Counted from the whole stretch's first letter, positions 1-9,649 are shown. The stretch: 62,411 bases of DNA, filler included, from Dehalococcoidia bacterium (GCA_040882355.1; 3 parts of 3 records of this genome joined end to end with filler, not necessarily neighbours in it), one strand, 5' to 3'. Numbers and translations: made by a program. Notes: generated by a model not told the origin, from the sequence alone.

Positions 1-81
1 GGGGGGGGGCGGGCCCCCCCCCCCCCCCCCCCCGGGGGCCGGGGGCTGCGCCCCGGGCACCCCCGTTTTTTCAGCACCCCG

Positions 82-312
82 TTAGGCTTTCAGCGGGAAA
101 ACCCTCTCGTCATGCAGGGCTGCGCTTGCGTAGGTGAGGCACGCTTTGATGTCCTCGTGGGTCAGCCCCGGGTAGTTCTCCACGATGGCTTCTTCCGACC
201 ACCCTTGCGCCAACAGATCGATAATGAACTCGACCGCCAGGCGCGTGCCTTTCACAACAGGCTTCCCCTGGAGCACCTCTGTGTTCAGTTCGATTCGTTC
301 TTCCCAACCCAC
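82..312 (-). CDS. DUF433 family protein (antitoxin-like)
   Basis: Motif RIELNTEVLQGKPVVKGTRLAVEFIIDLLAQGWSEEAIVENYPGLTHEDIKACL is typical of DUF433. Confidence 0.9.
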   Translation of the reverse strand: MGWEERIELNTEVLQGKPVVKGTRLAVEFIIDLLAQGWSEEAIVENYPGLTHEDIKACLTYASAALHDERVFPLKA

Positions 313-423
313 GGAGCATCATCCCTTCTGCGAGAGTCAAACGGGGCACGAGCATCGCCTGCCTCGCTGCCGATAGCTCATCACGCCAGAACGCCGCGTC
401 GACTGCTCAGGCGGGCCGTTGCC

Positions 424-1301
424 TTACGTCAGCGGACCAGCGCCGTCGACCCACGCGTCGAAGTCGAACGGCGTTGCGAACTGGGCGAGCCAATCGTCCG
501 TGATGGGCCACAACTCGCCCTTGGCGGTGTCCAGCACCCCGAGGCAACCGGCCTTCAGGCCGCGCGCCTCCGGGTGCCAGATCGCCGACGCGACGAGTCC
601 GTCGAGGCCCAGGTAGGTCGTGCGCCCGAGGTCTCGCGGGCCGACAAGCTGGTGCAGGTGGCCGAAGACGTGAAAGCGCGGCTGGAGCCGGTCCAGCAGG
701 CGCGATATGAGAGGCGACCCCGCGACCCCGCGACCTCGCCGCCGAAGCGCTTGCCGCTGCCGTAGGGCCCCTCGTGCGTCACCAGCAGGTCGATGCTTCG
801 CGGCGCCTCGTTGATAAGCGACTCGTACGCACGCATGTCGATGGCGGGTTCGCCTGGCAGCTCCTCCACGCCCCCCAGGAACGCGATGCGGTAGCCGTCG
901 ATGTCGAGCACCGTCCCGTCGGGCACGTAGTGGAGCAGGTCGAGCGGATCGGTAGGCGCGGTGCCGGTCGCGGGATCGACCGGCAAGCCTGCGAGCCACG
1001 CGAAGTCCTCGTGGTTGCCGCGGACGAAGTGGACCGGTTTGCCGAGGCGCTCGCGGACGCGTCGCAGCGCATCGGCCCGGCGGCCGTCCGCGCGCAGGAA
1101 ACGGCCGAGGTCCGCCTCAGCCGGATCGACTTCCAGGTAGCGCTTGCTCATCTCGTCGCCGCGAGCCGGGTCGGGAAAGCCGAGGTCGCCCACCTGTACG
1201 ATCAGGTCGAACCGCGCCGCCATCCGCTCCTGCAGCGCGACGAGCGCCGCGATCGCGTGGAACATCCGCCCGTGTACGTCTCCGACAAACGCGATCAGCA
1301 C
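424..1301 (-). pseudogene. Calcineurin-like metallophosphoesterase, frameshifted
   Basis: GDVHG, GDLG, GNHE and LVTHE motifs lie in one frame and FGHLH in another. An 8-bp tandem duplication GCGACCCC at 714-729 shifts the frame; removing one copy restores GEVAGSPLIS. Confidence 0.8.
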
Positions 1302-1310
1302 GACGCGATC

Positions 1311-1769
1311 CTACGTGATCGGCGGCGGCGCCGTCCAGTCGTAGCCGACGGCCGGGTCGTTGGGAGCGAGGCGCTGCTCTTCCTTGGGATCGTACGTGCT
1401 GGAGACGAGATAGATGAGATGGGTGGTGCCTCCGATCACCCGGCAGCCGTGGGCGACGCCGGCGGGGATCTTGAGCAACTGCGCCTCGTAGTGCTCGCCC
1501 AGGAACAGCTCCATGAGCTCCTTGTGCGTCGGCGCGCCCTCGCGCGTGTCGTAGAGCGCGACCTTGAGGTCTCCGACCGGCACGTACCACCAGTCGATCT
1601 GCGTCGGGTGGACGTGCCATGCCTTCGCAACACCGGGGTGCATGAGCGAGTGGCTCACCTGCGCCCAGCCCTCCCGCGCGATCTCGTCGCTGTTGCGGGC
1701 GATCTCGCGGAAGAAGCCGCGCTCGTCGGAGTGCGTGACCAGTTGCTTGAGCTCGACGCCTTCGATCAT
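1311..1769 (-). CDS. RmlC/SpsL-like cupin (dTDP-4-dehydrorhamnose 3,5-epimerase family)
   Basis: HSDERGFFREI, KAWHVH and IPAGVAHG motifs; GGAGG RBS before the ATG at 1769. Confidence 0.85.
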   Translation of the reverse strand: MIEGVELKQLVTHSDERGFFREIARNSDEIAREGWAQVSHSLMHPGVAKAWHVHPTQIDWWYVPVGDLKVALYDTREGAPTHKELMELFLGEHYEAQLLKIPAGVAHGCRVIGGTTHLIYLVSSTYDPKEEQRLAPNDPAVGYDWTAPPPIT

Positions 1770-1788
1770 CGTTCGAACCTCCACAGAT

Positions 1789-2283
1789 TCACGGTCGCAG
1801 TGACTTTGCGTATTGCTGGAGCACGGCGACCTGGTCGTCGCTGAGCACGGCGTCCGGGCGGCGCTTCCGGACGAGTCCGACGGCGTCTGAGAGCGGGTAG
1901 CCCATGCGCAGCAGCACGGCGGCGACGAGCGTCACGCTGCGTCCCAGGCCGAGGCGGCAGTGGACGAGCACCTTGCGGTCGTCGCCGATCTCCTGGAGCA
2001 CCCAATCGGCGGCGCGGGCCAAGTCCTCCTGCGAGGGCGCGCCGAGGTCGGGCACGGGCAGACGCAGGTAGTGGAGGCCTGCCTTGCCCAGTGGCGCTGG
2101 CTCGTGCTCCGCCTCCTCGCGCAGGTCGAGCACCGCGCCGATGTCGAGCCGGGCGAGCGCCGGCGCCTCACGCGAGGCGAACTGCCCGCTCTGAGCGATG
2201 TCGGGCGTGATCCAGACGAGGTCGGCCGGCGGGTGCGTACCCAGGATGGGTGAGAGCAGCCGTCCGAGCGCGCCGCGCATCAC
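1789..2283 (-). CDS. Dual-specificity/PTP-like protein phosphatase
   Basis: Catalytic CX5R motif VHCRLGLGRS. Confidence 0.85.
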   Translation of the reverse strand: MMRGALGRLLSPILGTHPPADLVWITPDIAQSGQFASREAPALARLDIGAVLDLREEAEHEPAPLGKAGLHYLRLPVPDLGAPSQEDLARAADWVLQEIGDDRKVLVHCRLGLGRSVTLVAAVLLRMGYPLSDAVGLVRKRRPDAVLSDDQVAVLQQYAKSLRP

Positions 2284-2912
2284 TGTTGCGCTTTGAGCCG
2301 CGCCACCAGCTCCCAGTCGGGCTGCTCGGTGCGGATCACGCGCGCGGGCGCGCCGACGACGGTGGCGCCGGCGGGCACGTCGTCGATGACGACGGCGTTC
2401 GCGCCGATGCGCGCGCCGTCGCCGACCGTGATCGGCCCGAGCAGCTTTGCGCCGGCGCCGATGTAGACGCCGTCACCGATCTCGGGTCCACGTCCGTCGA
2501 AGCCGTAGCGCCGGCTGGCGCTCAGGCCGATGATCGCCCACGGGTTGATCACGCAGTCGCGGCCGATGCTCACCTTTCCGTCGGCGATCACCTGGCCGTG
2601 CGGCAGGATGAGGCCCGGCCCGATCTTCACGTGCCGGCCGATGCTCACGCCCCAGCCGGCCGTGCTCAGCATCTCGCAGACGTAGGGCAGCGCGGGCACG
2701 CCGCTCCGCGCGAAGAAGTCGCGCAGTCGCAGGAGGAAGACGGGTATCAGCGGCATGCCCAGGACGATGCGCGCCGAGCGTTCGGTCTGCTTTTTCCAGT
2801 GCTCCGCGGTGGGCTTCTTCGGAGGTTTGGGCATGAAACAGTACCGGTCGTAGGTGTCGTACGCCTCGGACAGCTCGTCCCAGAGGCCGGAGGGCGGCTC
2901 AGCGCCGGCCAT
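2280..2912 (-). CDS. Serine O-acetyltransferase-like left-handed beta-helix acyltransferase
   Basis: Hexapeptide repeats IGDGVYIGAGAKLLGPITVGDGARIGANAVVIDDVP. Confidence 0.85.
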   Translation of the reverse strand: MAGAEPPSGLWDELSEAYDTYDRYCFMPKPPKKPTAEHWKKQTERSARIVLGMPLIPVFLLRLRDFFARSGVPALPYVCEMLSTAGWGVSIGRHVKIGPGLILPHGQVIADGKVSIGRDCVINPWAIIGLSASRRYGFDGRGPEIGDGVYIGAGAKLLGPITVGDGARIGANAVVIDDVPAGATVVGAPARVIRTEQPDWELVARLKAQQ

Positions 2913-3711
2913 CGCGGTTGCTCCGTGGGCGCCAGACGGAGACGAACATGTCCGCCCAGGAGGGCATGCGATAGGCGACGCGGTCGGCGGCGCGCATGGC
3001 CGTCCAGGCGGCGCGCTCGGGCAGCGCCTCCATCAGCCATGTCCAGCGGTTGAACAGCCAGAAGAGCGAGAGGCCCCGACACTCGACCAGCTCCAGGTGC
3101 GGTTCGGCGAACGAGCGCAGGACAGGCAGGGTGCCCTTGAAGGTGTGGTTCGGCGGGATCTCCCAGTATGGCCGGCCGCGGTAGAGGTCGTGCCCCAGCC
3201 GCTCGCGAAGGCGGAACGTCGCGCGCCCGAGCCGGCAGGAGAGTGAGTCGAAGTTGGAGATCGCGATGATCGCTCGCCCGTCCGGCTTCAACACGCGCGC
3301 TGCCTCGGCCAGGAACTCCCGCGGCTTGGTGAAGTGATCGAGCGAGCCCTGGCAGACGACGCGGTCCAGGCTCTTGTCGCGGAAGGGAAGCGCCTCCGCG
3401 AGGGCGACGACGAGCGGCGCCCCGCCCTGGCCGGCGAACTTGACGCGACAGTAGTGCGCGAGATCGACGGAGGCCTCCAGCCCCCAGGTCTCCCAGCCGC
3501 GCTCGCGTAAGCGGTCCATCTGCGCGCCGAACCCGCAGCCCACGTCGAGCGCGCGGCCTCGGGCGCCTTCCGTCGCCTTGTCCGTGATCAGCTTCGGCGC
3601 GCGCTTGAAGACGAACTGGCTGTCGCGCTTGGGGACGCCGGGCGGGATGTCGTCCTCGATCGAGTAATCGAGGTCGAACTCCTCGGTGGGCTCTGTCGTC
3701 GACTGCGTCAT
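2899..3711 (-). CDS. Class I SAM-dependent methyltransferase
   Basis: ALDVGCGFG, LPFRDKSLD and ARVLKPDG motifs. Confidence 0.9.
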   Translation of the reverse strand: MTQSTTEPTEEFDLDYSIEDDIPPGVPKRDSQFVFKRAPKLITDKATEGARGRALDVGCGFGAQMDRLRERGWETWGLEASVDLAHYCRVKFAGQGGAPLVVALAEALPFRDKSLDRVVCQGSLDHFTKPREFLAEAARVLKPDGRAIIAISNFDSLSCRLGRATFRLRERLGHDLYRGRPYWEIPPNHTFKGTLPVLRSFAEPHLELVECRGLSLFWLFNRWTWLMEALPERAAWTAMRAADRVAYRMPSWADMFVSVWRPRSNRDGRR

Positions 3712-4517
3712 GGCGCTCCCTCAGGATAGCGGCGCCAGACCGAGATGATCATGTCGGCCCAGGCGGGCCTATCGCGCGCGACGCGGTCCAGGGCGGACCA
3801 GCACCCCAGGCTCAGCTCCTTCGGCAGGCGGTCGAGCAGCTTCCCCCAGCGCGGGAGCAGCCAGAGCAGCGAGATGCCGTATCGTCGCTCGAGCTGGAGC
3901 CAGCTTCCGCCCAGCCCTTCGACGAAGTCGAGCTTGCCCTTGTGGAAGTGGTCGTCCGGGATCTCCCAGTAGCCCCTGCGAAGCGCGCCGTTGCCGCGGA
4001 CGAAGGTCTGCACCAGGCGCTCGCGCAGGAGGCCGAGTTTGCAGGAAACGCTCTCGTAATTGGCGAGCGCGATGACGACGCGGCCGTCCGGCGCGACGAT
4101 GCGCGCGGCCTCGCGCATGAAGACGTAAGGATCGACGAAGTGGTCGAGCGAGCCCTTGCAGACGACTCGGTCGAAGGCGCCGCTGCGGAACGGCAGCGAC
4201 TCGCCGATGCCGCGCACGAGCATGAGCTTGTCGTTCGGAAAGAGCCAGCGGCCGATCCCGAGCATCTCGCCCGACGGATCGATGCCCCAGGCCTCGCAGC
4301 CGTGCTGATGGAGGCTCATCGCCATGTGGCCCGCGCCGCAGGCGACGTCGAGCACCCGGCCACCGGGCACCACGCCTTCTTGCAGCATGGCGCGGTTGAT
4401 ACGCGCGAAGAAGAGCTGCGTGTCGCGGTGCGGGTCGGCCTCGAAGTCGTGGATCGAGTAGTCGAGGTCGAACGCCGGCTTAGCCGAAGGAGGTGTCTTT
4501 GAGGACGCTAAGGACAA
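3708..4517 (-). CDS. Class I SAM-dependent methyltransferase (paralog of 2899-3711)
   Basis: VLDVACGAG motif; shares FDLDYSI, GSLDHF, YWEIP and WADM blocks with its neighbour. Confidence 0.9.
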   Translation of the reverse strand: MSLASSKTPPSAKPAFDLDYSIHDFEADPHRDTQLFFARINRAMLQEGVVPGGRVLDVACGAGHMAMSLHQHGCEAWGIDPSGEMLGIGRWLFPNDKLMLVRGIGESLPFRSGAFDRVVCKGSLDHFVDPYVFMREAARIVAPDGRVVIALANYESVSCKLGLLRERLVQTFVRGNGALRRGYWEIPDDHFHKGKLDFVEGLGGSWLQLERRYGISLLWLLPRWGKLLDRLPKELSLGCWSALDRVARDRPAWADMIISVWRRYPEGAP

Positions 4518-5061
4518 CGTAGAACTCCTCGAAGCCGCCGATCATCGGCGCGAACCAGCGCTCCCAGCGATACTGCATGCCCCGGTTCTGGTTGGCGAAG
4601 CCCTCGATCACGCCCGAGAAGGCGCCCCGGGCGAGGGCGAGGCCGCGCGCGCCGCGGCGGGCGCCCGCCAGGTAGAGCCGCGCGTGTTCGACGCGAAAGG
4701 TGGCTGCCGTTGGGCAGGAGTTGTCGCGGAACCGCGGGTCGAAGTAGTTGAACGTCTCGAGGGTGTAGTGGTGGCTGTGCTTCGGGTCGCGGCTGGTCGC
4801 CCAGGACGACGAGGCGTGCGGCAAGCGCAGGTGGACGATCGCGCCGGGCTTGCTGATCCGCCAGAGCTCCTCCATCACCCCCATAAAGTCGTCGGCATGG
4901 GCGAGGGCGCGGTCGATGAAGATCTCGTCGACAGTGCTGTCCTTGAACGGCAGCCGCGCGCCGAGACCGGCGACGATGTGGACGCCGGGCGCGGCCGTCT
5001 GCGCGAGGCGAACCGTGTGCACGCGGCGCAGCTCCCGGCCGAAGTCGAGCCGGACGATCAT
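4480..5061 (-). CDS. Methyltransferase type 11-like protein of glycan loci, with degenerate motif I
   Basis: LPFKDSTVDEI...MEELWRISKPGA...PH...DPKH; the N-terminal GxG motif is replaced (LDFGRE). Confidence 0.7.
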   Translation of the reverse strand: MIVRLDFGRELRRVHTVRLAQTAAPGVHIVAGLGARLPFKDSTVDEIFIDRALAHADDFMGVMEELWRISKPGAIVHLRLPHASSSWATSRDPKHSHHYTLETFNYFDPRFRDNSCPTAATFRVEHARLYLAGARRGARGLALARGAFSGVIEGFANQNRGMQYRWERWFAPMIGGFEEFYVVLSVLKDTSFG

Positions 5062-5828
5062 GGCGTTTGACTCGCGGGGAAAACGCGAGACAGGTAGGCG
5101 TGGAGCACGTGCGCGGGCTTCCCTTCCTCGATCATCCGTCCGTGCTCCAGCAGCAGAGCGTGGTCAGTGTAGCGCTGGATGGTGTAGAGGTCGTGCGACG
5201 CGATGACCGTCGTGACGCCGGCGTCGCGCAGCTTCTCCATGTGGGCGAAGCACTTGCTCTGGAACTCCGCGTCGCCCACGGCGAGCACCTCGTCCACGAC
5301 GAGAATGTCGGGGCGCACGTGCACGGCGACGGCGAAGCCGAGCCGGACGAACATGCCCGACGAGTAGGTGCGCATCGGTTGGTCGATGAAGTCGCCCAAC
5401 TCGGAAAACTCGATGATCTGCGGCATCGCCTCACGCGCCTCAGCCAGGCTCAGGCCGAGCAAGACGGCGTTGATGAGGGCGTTCTCGCGGCCGCTGATCT
5501 GGGGGTGGAAGCCGGCGCCCAACTCCAGCAGGGCCGAGATCTTGCCGTTGGTGACCACGCGGCCGCTGGTCGGCTGGCTGATGCCGGCGACGATGCGCAG
5601 CAGGCTGCTCTTGCCGGAGCCGTTCGGTCCGACCAGGCCGATGCCCTCGCCGTGGCGCACTTTGAAGGAGACGTCTTGCAATGCCCAGAAGGCCTCGCGG
5701 CTGCTCCCGTTGCGGAACAGCCGTGGCAACGTGAGCAGGGCCGTCTTGAGCTCGCGGGTGCGCATGCTGCGCAGATAATACCGCTTCGCGACCCCTTCCA
5801 CGATGATCGCCTCGCCGTTAGAGGGCAT
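5058..5828 (-). CDS. wzt: Polysaccharide ABC transporter ATP-binding protein (Wzt/TagH type, no C-terminal binding domain)
   Basis: GPNGSGKS, YSSGM and VDEVLAVGDAEF motifs. Confidence 0.9.
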   Translation of the reverse strand: MPSNGEAIIVEGVAKRYYLRSMRTRELKTALLTLPRLFRNGSSREAFWALQDVSFKVRHGEGIGLVGPNGSGKSSLLRIVAGISQPTSGRVVTNGKISALLELGAGFHPQISGRENALINAVLLGLSLAEAREAMPQIIEFSELGDFIDQPMRTYSSGMFVRLGFAVAVHVRPDILVVDEVLAVGDAEFQSKCFAHMEKLRDAGVTTVIASHDLYTIQRYTDHALLLEHGRMIEEGKPAHVLHAYLSRVFPASQTP

Positions 5829-6588
5829 CGGCGAACCCCGGCTCGAGCCTGCGGAAGACGCCGCCGCCGATGGCGAGCGCGGCTGCCGTGAAGAGCAGGG
5901 CAGGCCAGACCTCCGCGAAGGCGAGTTGGTTCTCCATGAACAACTGGCGCCAGGCGTCGATGAGCGAAGTCATCGGGTTGATCTGCATCAGCGGGCGGTA
6001 CTGCTCCGGCACCAGGCCCAGCGGATAGAGGACGGGCGTGAGGTAGAAGAGCAGTTGCAGGAACACGTCCATCAGGTGCTCGAGGTCCCGGAAGTAGACG
6101 TCGATGGATGCGAGGAGCATGATCACGCCCATCAGCAGCGCCAGCTCCAGCGCCGCGAACATTGGGACGCCGATGAGCCACGTCCAGTCGGGGTAACGGC
6201 CGTCGATGGCCAGCAGCAGGATCAGGACCGGGATGCTGATGAAGAAGTGGACGCCATTGTTGAGCACGGTGGAGAAGGGCAGGACCAGGCGGGGAAACTG
6301 CACCTTCTTGAGCAGCGCGCCGTTTCCCGCGAACGACGGCGTCGCCAGAAGCACGGACGTTGAGAACCAGACCCAGGGGAAGAGGCCGGTGAGGAGGACC
6401 AGGTGGTAGTCATCGACCTCGATCCGCGCGAACTTGCTGAGGGCGACGAAGAGCACCGCCCCAAGCGCCAGGGGCTTGACGAGTGACCAGAGGAAGCCGA
6501 GAGCGGTGTCCTGATAGCGGAGCTTGAGGTCGCGCCGCGTGAGCAGGTAGAGGAGCTCCCACGCCCTGCCCGTGGGTCGGATCGATAT
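5818..6588 (-). CDS. wzm: Polysaccharide ABC transporter permease (Wzm), probably with a non-canonical ATA start
   Basis: The reading frame extends upstream of 6456 with WELLYLLTRRDLKLRYQDTALGFLWSLVKPL; also YFRDL and FYLTPVLYP motifs. Confidence 0.85.
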   Translation of the reverse strand: MSIRPTGRAWELLYLLTRRDLKLRYQDTALGFLWSLVKPLALGAVLFVALSKFARIEVDDYHLVLLTGLFPWVWFSTSVLLATPSFAGNGALLKKVQFPRLVLPFSTVLNNGVHFFISIPVLILLLAIDGRYPDWTWLIGVPMFAALELALLMGVIMLLASIDVYFRDLEHLMDVFLQLLFYLTPVLYPLGLVPEQYRPLMQINPMTSLIDAWRQLFMENQLAFAEVWPALLFTAAALAIGGGVFRRLEPGFADAL

Positions 6589-6749
6589 CGTCGGACACCT
6601 CGCTTCTGTGTGGTGATACAGCCTACCAGCCGCCTGGAGTCAGATCAACCGATTGGGCGATTGACAGCACTGCCTTGGTGCTGTTACGTTCGGAACTAGG
6701 GAGCGCCCCCTGCGGCGCCACCTGGACGAGGTCGAAGTCTTTGTTGAAG

Positions 6750-7415
6750 ATGGCTGCTGACGGACAGGCGGCGAGACTACCCGGCGAGGAACGCCCGGCG
6801 CTCCGCGGCTGGATCCACGTTGCCGCATTGCTGGCGGTGGTGGCAGGCGCGGCCTTGCTCCTCGTTGTGGCCGACTCGGCTCGCGCGTACGTCGGCGGCG
6901 CCATTTTCGCGGCCAGCCTCTTCCTCCTCTACGGTACCAGCGCGACCTACCACCGGGTCCAGTGGAGCCCGACGGCGCGCCGGGTCGTGAAGCGGCTCGA
7001 CCACGCGATGATCTTCGTCTTGATCGCCGGCACGTACACGCCCCTGTGCCTGCACGTGAGCCTGGCCTGGGGCATTCCGATGCTCTCCGTCGTCTGGGGG
7101 ATCGCCGGCGCAGGCATCGTCCTCAAGCTGTTCTGGCCGGACGGCCCCAGGTGGCTGAGCGTCGCGCTCTACGTCGCGCTAGGATGGTTGGCGCTGGCCG
7201 CGGTGTCCGAGCTCGTTACGTGGTTCAGCCCGGTAGAGCTTGCCATGTTGGGCCTGGGTGGGGCGCTGTACACCGTGGGAGGCCTGGTCTATGCGGTCCG
7301 CCGCCCCGATCCCTGGCCCCGCGTCTTCGGCTACCACGAGATCTTCCACCTGTTCGTCGTGGCGGGAAGCGCGCTCCACTACTCACTCGTCGTCATCGTC
7401 GTCCTGCCAAGCTAG
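6750..7415 (+). CDS. Hemolysin III / PAQR family membrane protein
   Basis: SATYH, KRLDHAMIFVLIAGTYTP and FGYHEIFH motifs. Confidence 0.92.
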   Translation: MAADGQAARLPGEERPALRGWIHVAALLAVVAGAALLLVVADSARAYVGGAIFAASLFLLYGTSATYHRVQWSPTARRVVKRLDHAMIFVLIAGTYTPLCLHVSLAWGIPMLSVVWGIAGAGIVLKLFWPDGPRWLSVALYVALGWLALAAVSELVTWFSPVELAMLGLGGALYTVGGLVYAVRRPDPWPRVFGYHEIFHLFVVAGSALHYSLVVIVVLPS

Positions 7416-7432
7416 CCGTTCGCATCTCCTCA

Positions 7433-7475
7433 GTGCCAGGCGCTCCTTGGCGCTCTGGCAGCGCTGCCCTACGTT
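7433..7475 (+). promoter_or_regulatory. Shared particle-gene promoter, copy 1 (GTGCCA-N8-TTGGCG-N17-TACGTT)
   Basis: Same architecture and spacing as the copies at 9563 and 13337. Confidence 0.7.
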
Positions 7476-7510
7476 CGAGGCATCTCGAATTTCGGAGGCA
7501 GGAGTACCCC

Positions 7511-8002
7511 ATGAGCGATGACGAGCTGACGGCGTTGCAAGAAGAGCTGGCGGCCGCGCGAGCGGAGATGGAACGGCTGCAGGCGACGGCCGCGGACAGC
7601 CAGGCGCGGGCAAGTCACCTGGACGCGCAACTCTCGGGACTGCGCGGGGAGCTGGAGGAGGGTCGCAGCCAGGCGCAGGCCGGCGAGGAAGCGCAGGCCC
7701 TGCTGCGGGAGCAGAGCGAGTCGCTGCAGACCCAGGTGCGAGGCTCGGCGCAGCGCTACCGAGAGCTGGCGCTGCGACAGGCGCCGGAGCTCCCGGCGGA
7801 CCTGGTGGCGGGCGACACGGTGGACGAAGTAGAGGAGTCCCTTCAGCGGGCGCGCGAGACGGTTGCCAGAGTGCGGGGCCACCTGGAGCAGCAGGCGCAG
7901 GCCGGCCGCGTGCCGGTGGGCGCACCTCCGCGCTCGGGACCTGACATGGCGGCGCTGAGCGCGGAGGACAAGATCCGCCTCGGTCTCCAGCAAGGCGGGT
8001 AA
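7511..8002 (+). CDS. Putative capsid scaffolding protein (coiled-coil)
   Basis: 163 aa with an acidic coiled-coil N-terminus and a Pro-linker plus terminal helix (PVGAPPRSGPDMAALSAEDKIRLGL); GGAG RBS; lies upstream of the capsid gene. Confidence 0.6.
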   Translation: MSDDELTALQEELAAARAEMERLQATAADSQARASHLDAQLSGLRGELEEGRSQAQAGEEAQALLREQSESLQTQVRGSAQRYRELALRQAPELPADLVAGDTVDEVEESLQRARETVARVRGHLEQQAQAGRVPVGAPPRSGPDMAALSAEDKIRLGLQQGG

Positions 8003-8075
8003 CTGCTGGCAGACGGACGCACTCGATGTTGAGGCGCCGTCGCCCGCGCCGGGCAGTGCGCTGTCTGGTTCGGCG

Positions 8076-8585
8076 TTACTCTTTGGAGGCAGCGGCTGCC
8101 GTTAGGGCCTCGGTGGGGACGCGGCGCACGAAGGCGACCTCAACGCTGCAGGGCGGCGTGTGGTCGGTCCCGGCGGCCATCAGGTGCACCACGATCCGTC
8201 CAGCGCTCAGGTCTGGCGCGACCTGACCGCTCTCGTCTGTCGTTGTATTCCAGAGGACGTGGACGTGGGCGAGGACCTCCTTGCCGTCGACGACGATTCC
8301 GGTGCTAGCAAGGTGCGTCGTGCCCGTGTTGCCGGTCCACGGCAGCGGGCCCTCATGGTCGTCCAACCAGGGCAGCAGGAACATCGGTGGGGACCAGCGA
8401 GTCCCACTGACTCCGCCCAGGCAGTCGGGGAGGGTGACGTTCGCAAGCTGGACCCGGGTCTCCTGGCCCTCCGTCACCCAGACGGCGGCGCTCGGCTCGC
8501 TGTCGCCGCGAGCGAGGGTCTCGCGCATGGCGAAAGCCACCACGAACCCCAGGAGAAATGCTCCGACGATTGCCGCGATACGCAT
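8076..8585 (-). CDS. Hypothetical secreted/membrane-anchored protein
   Basis: N-terminal hydrophobic signal MRIAAIVGAFLLGFVVAFAM. Confidence 0.6.
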   Translation of the reverse strand: MRIAAIVGAFLLGFVVAFAMRETLARGDSEPSAAVWVTEGQETRVQLANVTLPDCLGGVSGTRWSPPMFLLPWLDDHEGPLPWTGNTGTTHLASTGIVVDGKEVLAHVHVLWNTTTDESGQVAPDLSAGRIVVHLMAAGTDHTPPCSVEVAFVRRVPTEALTAAAASKE

Positions 8586-8820
8586 CGCTGTTAGAATCGT
8601 CCGTTTGCTGGCGCGCCTGTGATCCTGCGCCTTAGCTATACATAACTTCCCTCTGAGGGTAGCGGGTTACGTGGAGTTGTTTCGAAGATGTAACGCCGGC
8701 CCGAGGCGGGCGGGCGGCCCCGGGCGCGGGCGCCCTTGACACACGAATGGCGGTGCTATCTGTTGCCAGCATTGGCAGGGGCCGGCGCGGAGCCGTTAGT
8801 CCAAGGACGGAGGTCAAACC

Positions 8821-9492
8821 ATGCGGAAGCTGCTCCTAGTTGCGCTGGTGGCGCTTGCCCTACTGGGCATGCGGCCGCTGACGAGTCCGCCCTCTGCGGA
8901 GGCGAGTCACGTCGATCCAGTCCTGTTTGTCCACGGCTTCACGGGAAGCTCGAGCGCATGGAACACGATGATCCCGCGCTTCCAGGCGGATGGCTGGCAC
9001 AGCAACCAGCTCTTCGCGATCACGTACAACAGCTTCCAGTCCAACGCGACCATCGCCAACCAGATCAAGACGACGGTGAACCAGATCCGCGCCACCACTG
9101 GCGCAAGCAAGGTCGACATCGTGACACACTCAATGGGCGGGCTCTCCACCCGGTACTACCTCAAAAACCTGGGTGGCGCCGCCTTCGTCGACGACTGGGT
9201 GTCGTTAGCGGGACCGAACCACGGCACAATCTGGGCGTGGGGCTGCGCGTTCCTCACACCCTGTCTGCAGATGACGCCGGGCTCCTCGTTCCTCAACAGT
9301 CTCAACTCCGTTGACGAGACGCCGGGCGCGGTGAGCTACGGCACGTGGTGGTCCGCCTGCGACGAGATCATCACGCCCGATGAGAGCGTGATCCTTACCG
9401 GCGCGACGAACACGCAAACGAGCTGCCTGCTGCACTCGGGCTTGCTCACCAACCTGGCCGTGTACAACCAGGTGCGCGACTTCGTTCGCTAG
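8821..9492 (+). CDS. Secreted triacylglycerol lipase (lipase class 2, alpha/beta hydrolase)
   Basis: Signal peptide; PVLFVHG, THSMGG nucleophile elbow, GPNHGT. Confidence 0.9.
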   Translation: MRKLLLVALVALALLGMRPLTSPPSAEASHVDPVLFVHGFTGSSSAWNTMIPRFQADGWHSNQLFAITYNSFQSNATIANQIKTTVNQIRATTGASKVDIVTHSMGGLSTRYYLKNLGGAAFVDDWVSLAGPNHGTIWAWGCAFLTPCLQMTPGSSFLNSLNSVDETPGAVSYGTWWSACDEIITPDESVILTGATNTQTSCLLHSGLLTNLAVYNQVRDFVR

Positions 9493-9562
9493 CGACGACA
9501 CGCCTCCCTCCGCCATGCTGCGCCCCGCGATCATCGCGGGGCGCAGTTGCGTCTCGGACTGA

Positions 9563-9605
9563 GTGCCAGCATGCCGTTGGTCGTTCTTCGCGAACGGCGT
9601 ACCAT
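9563..9605 (+). promoter_or_regulatory. Shared particle-gene promoter, copy 2 (GTGCCA-N8-TTGGTC-N17-TACCAT)
   Basis: Same spacing as the copies at 7433 and 13337. Confidence 0.7.
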
Positions 9606-9649
9606 CGCCGTCGTCAAGCGTTCATCTCATTTCGACGGAGGAGGCGACG

